Origin: Macrostomum hystrix
Lineage: Eukaryota; Animalia; Platyhelminthes
Direction: 5' to 3'
Assembly (NCBI GenBank): GCA_950097015.1
Contig: CATNEN010000014.1
Span: 2,232,001 to 2,296,000 of the forward strand
DNA length: 64,000 bases
The translations under genes and the position numbers were made by a program. Of this stretch, positions 12,932-25,449 are shown piece after piece; positions within the stretch are counted from its first letter, which is position 1, and every line of letters starts with the position of its first letter. Below the pieces are notes generated by a model. The model had not been told where the DNA came from. It saw nothing but the letters and a program-made list of their open reading frames with translations, and made no database searches.

Positions 12932-13025
12932 AGAGTTTGTAAATAGTGCGTATAAAATTGATAACCAACGTTTTGCTTACAAGAAAAATAATTATTATTT
13001 CAACAAGTTTAATCAGCCGCGAGAA

Positions 13026-16000
13026 ATGAGACAGCACCATGCGTATGCACCCAGCACTGCAAAAATGCAAGCACATGCGAAAGCACCAGTTACACCATGT
13101 GAAACAGGTCAGAAAGCCGCTAGCAAAGAAATTAAAAGTGAGTCACCCATTGAGACGATCAGAATCCCAGAGCCGGTCAAGAAAGGTCAGGAAGCAATTG
13201 TGAATGGAAAGATACGAAAGCGAGATATTATGTTTTTGATAGACACAGGAGCCGGAAACAACTTCTTAAGTAGGAGTTCATGGAAGAGAATGGTTTGTGA
13301 CGACGAGATAGAACCATGCAATTTGAGAGTCACCACGTTTGACGGAACAGTTGTGTCACTTAGAGGTGAAGCAATGCTTAAAGTGAAGTTCGGAGAAATT
13401 GAGATTGAGACAAGATTTCTTCTGTGTGACCACGACTGTGACGACATCCTTGGAATGGACTTTCTCACAGACTACTGTGATGGTATCAATTTCAGTAAAG
13501 GAGTCTTGGTACTGAAAGATGGGATCTGCATCCCAATTCAGTTCACAAGACTACCTGTTCGAATTCGACGAGTCTATTGCCAGAATCAGATCACGATACC
13601 AGCGAATAGTGCTTTGAAAGTGCCAATCCGATTGGGAGAAAATGCCGAAGCTAATTACGGTACTCCCATGGTGATTGAGACTAATGACGGCTATATTGCA
13701 GCCAAAGGTTATGATCTGGAGCTAGTACCAGCATTAGTAACCTTGAACGAAGGAGTTGGAGTCATAGAACTAGTCAATAAACAGAACAGAGAAGTCAAAG
13801 TGAAAGGAGCAGCTCTTATTGGCTATGCCAAGCCATTAACAGCGAAGAACTTGAATTATTTTGTTAATTCAATCAATTCGAGTCAAAATACCGGACAAGT
13901 CAATGCTGTAAAGAGAGAGGAAGCCTCAAAGGACATTGATGAATGGATCAAGGAGGTTAACATCGGAGAGATGAATTCGGAACAAAAGGAACAAGTTATA
14001 CAATTGCTGAAAGAGAACAGAGCAGCGTTCTCTCAGACCGAGCAAGATATGGGTCTGACACATTTGGTGACGCATGAAATTGCTCTTAAAGATACTACGC
14101 CAGTCAGAATACCGACTCGCAGAATTCCGCCTCATTTGCAAAAACAGGTGGATGATTTGCTTGATGACATGCTGGCCAAAAACCTGATTAGGCCATGTTA
14201 TAGCACCTATTCGACACCCTTGGTCATAGTACCAAAGAAGGATGGTACAATAAGGATCGTGAGTGACTTTCGAGTACTGAATTCTCGTGTGGAGTACTAT
14301 CCGTATCCGTTACCTAATATTCAGGAGACATTCTCTCACCTTACTGGAAGTCAGTATTTCAGCAGTTTAGACCTTAACTCTGGATACTGGCAAGTCCCAA
14401 TTAAAGAAGAACACAAACATATGACGGCATTCTCGACATTAACTAGGGGCCAGTTTGAGTACCAAGTAATGGCTCAAGGCTTGTCAAATGCACCTGGAAC
14501 CTTCCAGAGGTTGATGAACCTTGTGTTGATCGGCATTCAACACAAGTTCGCGATGTCGTACATCGACGATATCGTTACTTACTCGAAGGAATTCGATGAA
14601 CATCTGTGTCACCTACGAGAAGTGTTCCGGAGATTATCCGAAGCTGGACTGAAATTGAGACCAAGAAAATGTAATCTGTTTCAAGAAGAACTGAAATATC
14701 TAGGCCACATAGTAGGCCGAAATGGAATTCGAACAGATCCGGCCAAAATCGAAGCCATCCGATCATGGCCTACTCCGCAAGACGTCAAGGAATTAAGAAG
14801 TTTCTTGGGCCTATGCAACTACTATTGTAGATTCGTTAAGGACTATGCCGAAGCAGCGCATCCGCTGTTTCAGTTAACCAAAAAGGGTATAACGAACTTT
14901 AAGGAGAAATGGAACTCGAAACATGACGAGGCGTTTGCACTTCTAAAGCAGAAAATGATGTCCACCGATGTGTTGGCTTATCCCGAATTTTCAGAATATG
15001 AAAATGTCAAAATGGTGTTAGACACTGATGCATCCGAAGGAAGGATAGGAGCCTGTCTTGGACAAATCCAGGCAGATGGAGTAGAAAGACCAATCGCCTA
15101 TTTCAGCAGGGCAATGACGGAATCTGAAAAACGATATCCGATAACACGAAAGGAATTGCTCGCCTTGGTGGATGGTATGAAACACTTCCGATTCTATTTG
15201 ATCGGGAAGAAGTTCTTGGCACGTACCGACCACAAAGCGATCCTGTGGCTACTACGTCAAACAGAAGCCCAGGGTATTTTAGGAAGGTGGATCGAACGGT
15301 TGAGTGAGTTTCAGTACGAGATCCAGCATAGAAGCGGAGCTAAGCATAGCAATGCAGACAGCTTGTCTAGAAGACCATCGGAAATTAAAGAGGCTTCTGA
15401 AGCAAAGATTAACCAAAGTCAAATCACTGGACGAGCCATGATGAGTCAGAGCTGTCAGACAGACAGTGGCATCGATACAGATGATGATGATGCGAATGAA
15501 ATTTTCGTGGACGCAAGAGACTATTTCGAAGATGAGGAATTGGAAGAGACAACGGCATGCCGAAAATTATTAACAGATTTCCTGTCAGTACCACTGACGA
15601 AGGAACAGCTGGTTATTGCACAGAGAGAGGATCAGGACGTTAAAATCCTGATTGAGTGGAAGGAACAAGGAATACTGAGGCCAGAATTACCCACAGGGGC
15701 TAGCCACGAGCTGAAAAAGATGATCAAATCATACGAGCAGATGAAGATTGAGGATGGAATGTTAACCATCGTGACTGACGGTACCCGGAAAGTAGTACTT
15801 CCGAGTGGAATAGAAAAAGAGGTCCTCCGAGAATTGCATGACAGTCCTTTAGCAGGACATCTTGGACGAGATAAAACCGTACAAAAGGTACGAGAGCGAT
15901 TCTGGAAACCTGGCCTAGTTACTACTGTAGAGAATTATGTGGCCGAGTGCATCCCATGCCTCGAGAGTAAAGCAGGCAATAAGGTGAAGGCACCGGTGCA

Positions 16001-17474
16001 AACATTTCCTGTGTGCGAGGCATTCCATCGCCTACACATTGATCTGATTGGGCCGATTTCTAAAGAAAGCCGACGAGGACACAAGTACGTGCTGACAGTC
16101 ATCGACAGCACTACTAAGTTCCCGTTTGCATTTCCAATCAGAAATCAAAAGTCGGACACAGTCATAAAACTCCTACAAGAAAGAATTTTTAGCGAGTATG
16201 GTCAGTGCCGTTGGATCCACACTGACAACGGGAAAACTTTTGTGAGCCGTCAGTTCCAGGCGTTTTGTACATTGTATGGTATCAAGCATACCTGCACGAC
16301 GCCATATCATGCGCAAAGCAACGGCCTTGTAGAAAGATTTAACCGTCAGATAAAGTCCATCATCACCTGTCTAGTTGAGAAAGACCACTCCGACTGGGAC
16401 CTGTTGATCCCAGCAGCTTTAGTGGCTGTTCGAACGAGTGTAAATCAGACAACAGGATTCACTCCACATTATCTATTGTTCGGACGTGAGGCGGAGTTGC
16501 CAATAGACAGTGTTGTCAAAAGGCCCAGATTGTACTACGACTATCCTAGCTATGTAGCTGATCATGCTAAAAGAATTGAGGAAATGCAGAAGGTGGTTCA
16601 GAAGAAATTAGAAAAGGTGCGAGACCGTCGGGAGCAGGCTGCTGAGACAGTGATCACCAAGGCCGTGCCAATCGGCGGTCTCGTATTGATAAACAATCCA
16701 CAGTTGCATGGTGACGAGAGCAATAAATTTCACCGAAAGAAGAGAGCCTCTTACAGAGTGTTGGCTAAGCTTTCGGACACAGTTTTCAGAGTCCAGAAAG
16801 AGGAGAATGGAAAACTAATCGGTGCCATGATGCTGGTACACCGGAATAATCTGACTCCTGTACCGAACTCGGTCAAAGCCACGGGCATGCCCAAAAGTTC
16901 TGACATGGAGAAGAGAGAACCAACAGATAAGGGAAGGCAGGAGACTGCCCAGAAGATCCAGAAAAGAAAGGAAGTGCAACCTAAGATTCTGAAAAAGGCA
17001 GTTCAAGAAATCGAGCAAGAAGAAAGCTCTGACTCAGAAGAGGAAAGAATTCAATGGAGAGCTTGCAAAGAGACAGACATAAGTGGAAGTGAGATTGAAG
17101 AAACTGATGAAGACTCTGACACAGATTCCGGAAGTTCGGCAGAAGAACTTATCGAAGATTCTGAAACGGAAACGGAGGAAGAGTTAGAAGAGTCGGAAGA
17201 AGATAACGAAGAAGAACCTGAAGCTGAACCACCAGACCATGATGTTGTGGAGGAACCAGCCTGTGAGGAGGAGGCTGAGGACCGAGCGGATGTAGCCAGT
17301 GGAACGGCAGCACCACTTCAGTGGCGAGAGGTGCGGTACAACCTGCGGCCAAGAAAGCCTACAGTCATCAATGAGCCAGCAGGTCCGACACCTGTCGCGA
17401 ATCGCAGGGAGGCACCGCGTAAGCCTAACAAGTATGGCTTTGTGCCAAGGAAGCGGTACTCCCACTACCAGTGA
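13026..17474 (+). CDS. pol: Pol polyprotein (protease, RT, RNase H, integrase, acidic tail); frame open from 12858
   Basis: FLIDTGA protease, LDLNSGYWQ and YIDD reverse transcriptase, LDTDAS RNase H, HHCC plus IDLIGP/HTDNG/GLVERFN integrase; no stops. Confidence 0.97.
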   Translation: MRQHHAYAPSTAKMQAHAKAPVTPCETGQKAASKEIKSESPIETIRIPEPVKKGQEAIVNGKIRKRDIMFLIDTGAGNNFLSRSSWKRMVCDDEIEPCNLRVTTFDGTVVSLRGEAMLKVKFGEIEIETRFLLCDHDCDDILGMDFLTDYCDGINFSKGVLVLKDGICIPIQFTRLPVRIRRVYCQNQITIPANSALKVPIRLGENAEANYGTPMVIETNDGYIAAKGYDLELVPALVTLNEGVGVIELVNKQNREVKVKGAALIGYAKPLTAKNLNYFVNSINSSQNTGQVNAVKREEASKDIDEWIKEVNIGEMNSEQKEQVIQLLKENRAAFSQTEQDMGLTHLVTHEIALKDTTPVRIPTRRIPPHLQKQVDDLLDDMLAKNLIRPCYSTYSTPLVIVPKKDGTIRIVSDFRVLNSRVEYYPYPLPNIQETFSHLTGSQYFSSLDLNSGYWQVPIKEEHKHMTAFSTLTRGQFEYQVMAQGLSNAPGTFQRLMNLVLIGIQHKFAMSYIDDIVTYSKEFDEHLCHLREVFRRLSEAGLKLRPRKCNLFQEELKYLGHIVGRNGIRTDPAKIEAIRSWPTPQDVKELRSFLGLCNYYCRFVKDYAEAAHPLFQLTKKGITNFKEKWNSKHDEAFALLKQKMMSTDVLAYPEFSEYENVKMVLDTDASEGRIGACLGQIQADGVERPIAYFSRAMTESEKRYPITRKELLALVDGMKHFRFYLIGKKFLARTDHKAILWLLRQTEAQGILGRWIERLSEFQYEIQHRSGAKHSNADSLSRRPSEIKEASEAKINQSQITGRAMMSQSCQTDSGIDTDDDDANEIFVDARDYFEDEELEETTACRKLLTDFLSVPLTKEQLVIAQREDQDVKILIEWKEQGILRPELPTGASHELKKMIKSYEQMKIEDGMLTIVTDGTRKVVLPSGIEKEVLRELHDSPLAGHLGRDKTVQKVRERFWKPGLVTTVENYVAECIPCLESKAGNKVKAPVQTFPVCEAFHRLHIDLIGPISKESRRGHKYVLTVIDSTTKFPFAFPIRNQKSDTVIKLLQERIFSEYGQCRWIHTDNGKTFVSRQFQAFCTLYGIKHTCTTPYHAQSNGLVERFNRQIKSIITCLVEKDHSDWDLLIPAALVAVRTSVNQTTGFTPHYLLFGREAELPIDSVVKRPRLYYDYPSYVADHAKRIEEMQKVVQKKLEKVRDRREQAAETVITKAVPIGGLVLINNPQLHGDESNKFHRKKRASYRVLAKLSDTVFRVQKEENGKLIGAMMLVHRNNLTPVPNSVKATGMPKSSDMEKREPTDKGRQETAQKIQKRKEVQPKILKKAVQEIEQEESSDSEEERIQWRACKETDISGSEIEETDEDSDTDSGSSAEELIEDSETETEEELEESEEDNEEEPEAEPPDHDVVEEPACEEEAEDRADVASGTAAPLQWREVRYNLRPRKPTVINEPAGPTPVANRREAPRKPNKYGFVPRKRYSHYQ

Positions 17475-17675
17475 CGGCAGCAGCAGCAGCGGCGGCAGTG
17501 ACAGCGGCGGCAGCAGCAGCGGCGGCAGCAGCATCGGCGAAGAAGCAGAGGCGACGGGACTGAGGACGGTGACCTGATGCTACATAAAGTAAAATTGACT
17601 CATGCGGCTTAAATAATATTATTACTAAAAATATCACTCATGCTTTATTCAATTTTTATTTTAGGGAAGGCAAGT

Positions 17676-18059
17676 TGTAGTAGGGATGCTTTTATTATTT
17701 CTTTAAAGTCAAATTCGTGCCTATGCTTTTTGTTTGAATGCGCAAAATATTTTTTATATGTAAAATATTTTAAATATTTTGTCAAATTCGTTTACTTTAA
17801 CAAACATTTTCTTTTGTGTATATAAACGAGTGTAATTCAGTTGAGACAAATCAACGTGCCAGTGTGGCGAAAAGCAAATAAGCTATTACTGAAGAAGAAA
17901 AGTGTTGAGTTGGTTATTTGAGGCTGTGACCCTCTGATCCACAGAAAACGCCCAGCAAAGACTGGAGAATAGTAAGCCAGTGCCTTAAAAGGTTAAACCG
18001 CTCGTGCCGAGTGATACGCTACCATTAGAGAGAAAAGTAGAGAGACAAGCCCTGTTACA
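17676..18059 (+). repeat. 3' LTR (384 bp)
   Basis: Copy of 11515-11898, preceded by the polypurine tract. Confidence 0.97.
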
Positions 18060-19123
18060 TATAGAACAATGTACAAAGTAACATTGAAACAATAGAATGT
18101 AAACTAGACACCAAGTTAGTTTCTTATAATCACATCTATATATATTTAGAGAGGGTAATAGGGGAAAACCCAGTTCAGAAAGTTGCCAAATGTGTTCTGT
18201 TGGAACTGTTGCTGCCACAAGTATTCCTATAGGTACAATTCACTTGTCCAGCCATGTTGACATGAAAAGAACTTAAATCCCAGTATTTTCAGCTTGGCAG
18301 CTTAATGTTTCTAACCGAAGCCCATCTCCTTTTAAACACATAGTCATAGAGTTGATGCAGTGATTTCAGCAATAGACATAAGGCCTATTTTCAGCCATTC
18401 TAATGTATAGCCATAGGCCTACTATATTATAAATTTTTATTACTGACAAATCCCACAGGCCACTCACTGTTTGTGTTAAGCCACCAATCTTTTTACGGGA
18501 CAAGCTTAAAAAATCACTTTTATTGAATAAGGCCTAATATAACAATTATTATAACTAATTGCTTAGTTATTAGTTGGTAGCATAGCATCTATAGTTTAGA
18601 CTTATTTTTACGGCTATCCTGCAGAATCGTTCATTAAATTATTGTCTCATTTGAATTTGTGCAGTGACATTTCCATAATTCCAAAATGGTATATGTTGGC
18701 ATACCACTAATAATGTGGCATGTGGTGAGGTGTGGCAGGGCATGAACTGCAGTTTGAGAAAATATGTCAAATGACAACAACAATACTAATAGGATATAAT
18801 TAGCTTAACCCAATAAAAATTGGTGGCAGTCAGGATATAAGCCAAGAGACGTATACACCTGTAGGCATCAAGCAAATAACTATTAGCCTAACATTTGACG
18901 TGCATTAAATGCGTTAAACTAAGGCTAGGCTGGGCCCAACTTAGAACCTTTTACCTTAACACAAGTTTGACGAGTGTATGTGTATAACACATTTTGTCCA
19001 AGTTTTTATACATAATTTTTATTATTTATCAAGAGAATTTGGTAGTTTACTGAAATTCAAGTGAGTACTGGACAGCTATTTAGGTTTGGATACACAATTT
19101 TGATGCACATAAAAAATTGGAAG

Positions 19124-19734
19124 TGCTTATTCCCACGGTCCCATGCCAATAATTTCAATTTTATCCACACGGATCTGTGCCGATAATTTTCTGCTTATCC
19201 ACATGGAAGCTTGTATGAATAGGTCTACTTTCAAGTCCCTGCCTATTATTCTCTGAGCATAAGGCTTTTGCTTCAGAGTATAGTGTATAATAGTGTACAC
19301 TATCAATGCAAAGTTGTAAAAGAATAGCAATGATGTATAATATATGTGATGAGTTTGGTGCTGACTAGGCCTAGAATTCTGCTGGGTGACTTGTATGATT
19401 TTCTTTGATAGACTTCTTACTTTTTTAAGTCAATATATAATGAATATAAGTTTATAATGAATGTGTAGGTCGAAATGTAGAACACTGTCGTAACACACTG
19501 GCAACTTTGTCGATCTATTGGCTCGAGGGTTCAATAAAACGTTCAAACCCGAAAGGGCCTCGTTTCAAAGAACAGAACCGTGTGGATAAAATTGAAATTA
19601 ACGGCACGGCATATTTATATAAAGAGTTGTAGACCTATTCATACAAGCTGCCGTGTGGATAAGCAGAAAATTATCGGCACGGATCCGTGTGGATAAAATT
19701 GAAATTATTGGCACGGGACCGTGGGAATAAGCTC
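19124..19734. mobile_element. MITE/foldback-like element with about 105-bp terminal inverted repeats
   Basis: 19124-19228 is the near reverse complement of 19628-19734; partial third copy near 19577-19615; no clear target-site duplication. Confidence 0.6.
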
Positions 19735-21172
19735 TGCCTAAAAAGGCAATTAGGCCTACACTAAAGAAAAAACCGAACAAGTAAACATTCTTTAAAAAAG
19801 TCGAATTCCATTAAAACAAAGTAAGCCGCTTCAGCTTTGACTGCTTCAATTGTTTTTAACAAAAATTTTAAATTGATATATTACAACTACCAAGAAGAGA
19901 CAAGTATCGAATAAACCCCTAAAAACGAAAAATATAATTCGTCCTTTTTTGAGTCTATATTCAGTCTGCTCTAAAGATTGTTCATTGCACAACGAAGTAA
20001 AAAAATAAAACAGTTAATCGTTTGCTATTTACACATAAAGAAAATTCTCGGGTATTTTACTGAACCTACTGAACCTAATGTACAGTTACATTATAATTTA
20101 TTAATTATGTCATTTTATATTAATGAATACTTTCAGCGGCTTGAAATATAAGTCCAAATACTATAGAAATGCAAAACTATAACAATTAGACATACATCAC
20201 AGGACCTGCAAAGTAACACTGACATGTAGTAACAATAAGCTAGTTACAATTTATACGTTTGCTTTCACGATTTACTTTCATAGAAGCTCGAATTCTGTAA
20301 CACGGTAACATGTTATCGCAGGATAAATATGCGAAACTTTTGCATGTTATATTCGGGATGTTTTTGCAAAACAGCCCTCCTCCATTCAGAAAAGTCGTGA
20401 ATTCCGGAGGCAATGTACTCGTAGCATTTAGAATGCCGCAGTCTATAAGCGCACAAAGGTATTGTCTTCCGAACGATAAATTGCACTGTGATTGAGTATC
20501 CACACACATGCTTTGGAAGGAAGCTGCTTATAAGGAAGATTTCGAACCCCCGTAAATAAAACAATCAAGCACTTGAAGTTTTATAAGGTTTTTTAAAGAT
20601 AAATTTTACAAAGCAAATATTTGCACCAGATTTATAAATATGAAGTCCTCGTTGCCCCCGGAGTTCGTAAATATGTACAGAATTGCAACTTATTATCTTA
20701 AAAAACTAAAAAAACTCAAACTTAACAACAAATGTGTATGATAATAAGCATTAAAAAAGTAAACAAATAAAAACATTTTTATAAGATCCGGTTGTAACCA
20801 AACTGAGAACAAGTATGTTTGCTTTGATTTCTTACTTATATTAGGGCAACAGTATATAGTACAAAAAACTAGGAAAATGTACTTTACAAAATATCTAATT
20901 TGCACGGGGCGACAGAACAGGCATAGCAAGTTATACACAAAAATACAAGTTTACAGATACCAATTGAGAAATTAATAAGATTTACAACAAGTTGAATATA
21001 AACAGCTAGTTAACATTTGATTTATAGCTCTGTTAGACAACACACGGGGCAGTATGGTCCTGCCTATGAAACACAAGAATGCAAGCACTTTAGCAACATT
21101 GCTTCAAATATCAAAGCGTGAAATTATTTGTCCTATTTCCAGCGTATTAGTTCGATAGAATGCATTGGTAAA

Positions 21173-22985
21173 GTTTGGGGAACATGCTATTTGGGGATTG
21201 CAGTGTAGGTTGGGGAATATGCTATTTGGGGATTGCAGTGTAGGTTGGGGAATATGCTATTTGGGGATTGCAGTGTAGGTTGGGGAATATGCTATTTGGG
21301 GATTGCAGTGTAGGTTGGGGAATATGCTATTTGGGGATTGCAGTGTAGGTTGGGGAATATGCTATTTGGGGATAGCAGTGTAGGTTGGGGAATATGCTAT
21401 TTGGGGATTGCAGTGTAGGTTGGGGAATATGCTATTTGGGGATAGCAGTGAAGGTTGGGGAATATGCTATTTGGGGATTGCAGTGTAGGTTGGGGAATAT
21501 GCTATTTGGGGATTGCAGTGTAGGTTGGGGAATATGCTATTTGGGGATTGCAGTGAAGGTTGGGGAATATGCTATTTGGGGATTGCAGTGTAGGTTGGGG
21601 AATATGCTATTTGGGGATTGCAGTGTAGGTTGGGGAATATGCTATTTGGGGATTGCAGCGAAGGTTGGGGAATATGCTATTTGGGGATTGCAGTGTAGGT
21701 TGGGGAATATGCTATTTGGGGATTGCAGTGTAGGTTGGGGAATATGCTATTTGGGGATTGCAGTGTAGGTTGGGGAATATGCTATTTGGGGATTGCAGTG
21801 TAGGTTGGGGAATATGCTATTTGGGGATTGCAGTGTAGGTTGGGGAATATGCTATTTGGGGATTGCAGTGAAGGTTGGGGAATATGCTATTTGGGGATTG
21901 CAGCGAAGGTTGGGGAATATGCTATTTGGGGATTGCAGTGTAGGTTGGGGAATATGCTATTTGGGGATTGCAGTGTAGGTTGGGGAATATGCTATTTGGG
22001 GATTGCAGTGTAGGTTGGGGAATATGCTATTTGGGGATAGCAGTGAAGGTTGGGGAATATGCTATTTGGGGATTGCAGTGTAGGTTGGGGAATATGCTAT
22101 TTGGGGATTGCAGTGTAGGTTGGGGAATATGCTATTTGGGGATTGCAGTGAAGGTTGGGGAATATGCTATTTGGGGATTGCAGTGTAGGTTGGGGAATAT
22201 GCTATTTGGGGATTGCAGTGTAGGTTGGGGAATATGCTATTTGGGGATTGCAGTGTAGGTTGGGGAATATGCTATTTGGGGATTGCAGTGTAGGTTGGGG
22301 AATATGCTATTTGGGGATTGCAGTGTAGGTTGGGGAATATGCTATTTGGGGATTGCAGCGAAGGTTGGGGAATATGCTATTTGCGGATTGCAGCGAAGGT
22401 TGGGGAATATGCTATTTGGGGATTGCAGCGAAGGTTGGGGAATATGCTATTTGGGGATTGCAGCGAAGGTTGGGGAATATGCTATTTGGGGATTGCAGTG
22501 TAGGTTGGGGAATATGCTATTTGGGGATTGCAGTGTAGGTTGGGGAATATGCTATTTGGGGATTGCAGTGTAGGTTGGGGAATATGCTATTTGGGGATTG
22601 CAGTGTAGGTTGGGGAATATGCTATTTGGGGATTGCAGTGAAGGTTGGGGAATATGCTATTTGGGGATTGCAGCGAAGGTTGGGGAATATGCTATTTGGG
22701 GATTGCAGCGAAGGTTGGGGAATATGCTATTTGGGGATTGCAGTGAAGGTTGGGGAATATGCTATTTGGGGATTGCAGCGAAGGTTGGGGAATATGCTAT
22801 TTGGGGATTGCAGTGTAGGTTGGGGAATATGCTATTTGGGGATTGCAGTGTAGGTTGGGGAATATGCTATTTGGGGATTGCAGCGAAGGTTGGGGAATAT
22901 GCTATTTGGGGATTGCAGCGAAGGTTGGGGAATATGCTATTTGGGGATTGCAGCGAAGGTTGGGGAATATGCTATTTGGGGATTT
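21173..22985. repeat. 35-bp G-rich minisatellite (ggttggggaatatgctatttggggattgcagtgta), about 52 copies
   Basis: Tandem units ending about 65 bp from the TADA3 stop codon. Confidence 0.97.
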
Positions 22986-23051
22986 GGGGAAAAAGAGTCG
23001 TCATGCTCAGACAAGTGAGCATGCTCTAGTGAGCAGCAATTGGTTAGGTGA

Positions 23052-25250
23052 TCAAAGCAGCGCCTTGTGTCGAGTCTCAAACGCCTCTAGCTCCTTGACA
23101 ATCCTGGCCCGCTCCCTCAATGCCTTCCAGGCGGAGTCGCGGTCCTTCTTCAAAGGCTGCCGCCGCTTTTGCCGATAGGCCTGCAGCCGCGCGTGAGCTT
23201 CGACAACGTCGGCGTCAGCCACGGCCAGACGGCGCCTGATGGCCTGCCGCTGAGTGTCCAGCTTGGCGGCCGCGTACAGGCGGCGCAGCGTGGCCCGGTT
23301 GAAGTCGCAAAGCCGGCGCAGCTCCCGCTGTCGACCCCGCAGCGCCGTCGCCACCTCGTCGTCCGGATCGGATGCAGCAGCCGCCGCCGCAGCCGCAGCC
23401 GAAGCCGAAGCTGACGAGGCCGTCGCGTAGTTCAACTGGGCTGCGGCGGCGGCGGCAGCGGCTGCTTCGGCAGCGGCCGCGGCGGCCACGGCGCCCTCAG
23501 AGTCGCTGTCGGCGCCGCCGGCAACACCGGAGCGGCCGGGAGCGCCTGGTGAAACGCCGTGCCGCTCCAGCTGCTTGCGCAACCGGTGCTCCAGTTTGCA
23601 GCTGTTGGACACGCCAAGAAGTTTGGCTAGCTGCTTCGTTGGCAGGGCAGCTAGCTGAGCCGTCTGCTGCATCTGGCAGCAACAATGATTGGGAAGGGCT
23701 CGGATTGAAAAGTTCAGGTGTTTCCCTCCCGCCTGTTAATCAAATAGTGACGAGTTGTAAGGATACAAACATTCCTGCTCTACACCTGCTCCCATCCTTC
23801 ACCCACCCCTCCTCCAATCCTTCACCCACCACTCCTCCAATCCTTCACCCACCCCTCCTCCAATCCTTCACCCACCCCTCCTCCAATCTTTTACCCACCC
23901 ATCCTCCAATCCTTCACTCACCCCTCCTCCAATCCTTTACCCACCCCTCCTCCAATCCTTTACCCACCCCTCCTCCAATCCTTTACCCACCCCTCCTCCA
24001 ATCCTTCACCAACCCCTCCTCCAATCCTTTACCCACCCATCCTCCAATCCTTCACCCACCCCTACCTCCTATCGAATACTGACCAATCCGGGGTCCTCGG
24101 TGTCTCCCACAGCCTCCAGTTTGCAGCCGCCCTGCACATCCTCGTCATCGTTGGACACCAGGGCCGCAACGAGCTGCTGCGCCAGCGGTCCTAGACAAGA
24201 GGAGCTGCCGCTGACGTTACCCGAAGGCGCCGAATCGACGCAGATTTCGGCCTGAAGGCGCATCATCAGGGCGGCGGCTCCGACCGCGGGTGCATCGGCT
24301 GCTGACTGCTGCTGCTGACCTGAAGCAATGAGGCCATCAATGTCGCCGTTCTCGTTGCAGCTATTGCCGTTGCTACCAGTTCCGATGCCGTTGACATTCG
24401 CGTCATTGTCACCATTGGCGTTGCTAACGATGACGGCGGCAGTGGCGGCGGTGGCGGCTTCTGCCAGAAGGGGGTCGGTAGGCGCGGCAGCGGAGCCGGA
24501 GTTGGGCAGGGGCGGCATTCGGAAGTAGCCGGCATCCTCGCCGATCTCGTACGACCGAATCAGCAGCTCCAGGGAGCGCAGGTTGTCCTCGGTGATTTCA
24601 GCGCAGTAGGGCTCCATCAGCGCCCAGAACTTGTTCGGCACTTCGTACACACCTGGCGGCACCTCCGGCGGCTGCTGAACCGCAGAGTCCGTCTCCGACT
24701 CGGTCGCAGTTGGCACCTCCGATCCTGAGGCCACGGTCGCCGGTGCTGCGGAGGGGGTGGCGGCTGCAGCGGCTTTGTTCTTGCGCTGCTGGTAGACGCC
24801 GCCAGGCCGCAGCGGTTTGTTGTTGCCTGGAAATGCGGCCACAGCGGCGGCTGCGGCGGCCCGCTTGGCCGGCGGCGGCGCCATCAGGATGGCGTCATCC
24901 GCGGTGGAACCGCCTAGCGGGCTGGCGGCGGAGCAGTCGGCCGACGACTCCTCGCGACGCCGCTTCAACGAGATGGTGAGAGCCAGCGGCTTGCCAGGGA
25001 CGGACTTGACAACGGCGCCCGGCAGCCACTCGGACTTGTTGGAGCGGGTGATGAGGCCTCCGGGCAGCGGAGTGCCGCTGATCTCCGCAGCCAGGAGGAA
25101 GCTGCGCTTGTTCACATTGGCCAGAAGGGTCTCGGCCTCCCACTGCAGCCGATCGATGTCCTCTGGCCTGATGGCCGGCCGGTTCAACAGGGCGGCGATT
25201 GCCGGACACTCGGACTCTAGCGTCACGGACGGGAGCCAAAGCGGCGACAT
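23052..25250 (-). CDS. TADA3: Transcriptional adapter 3 (SAGA/ATAC subunit), 2 exons
   Basis: Exons 25250-24084 and 23672-23052. Conserved blocks IDRLQWEAETLL, PNKFWALMEPYCAEIT and DDEVATALRGRQREL...KKDRDSAWKALRER. Confidence 0.88.
23790..24065. repeat. C-rich 22-23 bp repeat (cccacccctcctccaatccttca) in the TADA3 intron
   Basis: Tandem degenerate units. Confidence 0.85.
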
Positions 25251-25449
25251 GCCTGACTCGGCAGCGTCCGCGCCACCGCGGCTTCCGCCATTGGCTTGGC
25301 TGAGCTTTGACTTCGACTGCGGGAGCGGATGACAATGCGTTTTAGGAAAATGATCAGGGAATTTCTTTATTTACGAGAACTTTTTGATCGATAATAACCG
25401 GTAACTAGGTATGCAGAAGCAAGTAAAGATGAGTATTGGGATCTTGGAT

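Larger units (their letters stand above)
11515..18059 (+). mobile_element. Intact full-length Ty3/Gypsy LTR retrotransposon
   Basis: Two 384-bp TG...CA LTRs, TATA flanking both ends (11511-11514, 18060-18063), primer-binding site, polypurine tract (agggaaggcaag, about 17663-17674), gag and pol in PR-RT-RH-IN order. Confidence 0.98.

Noticed and set aside
16900-17675. env gene or chromodomain in the Gypsy element
   Set aside because: No third ORF, signal peptide or TM segment, and no chromodomain aromatic pattern; only about 200 bp separate the pol stop from the 3' LTR.
20240-20564. Short overlapping ORFs, possibly a transposase relic
   Set aside because: No motif I can name with confidence.
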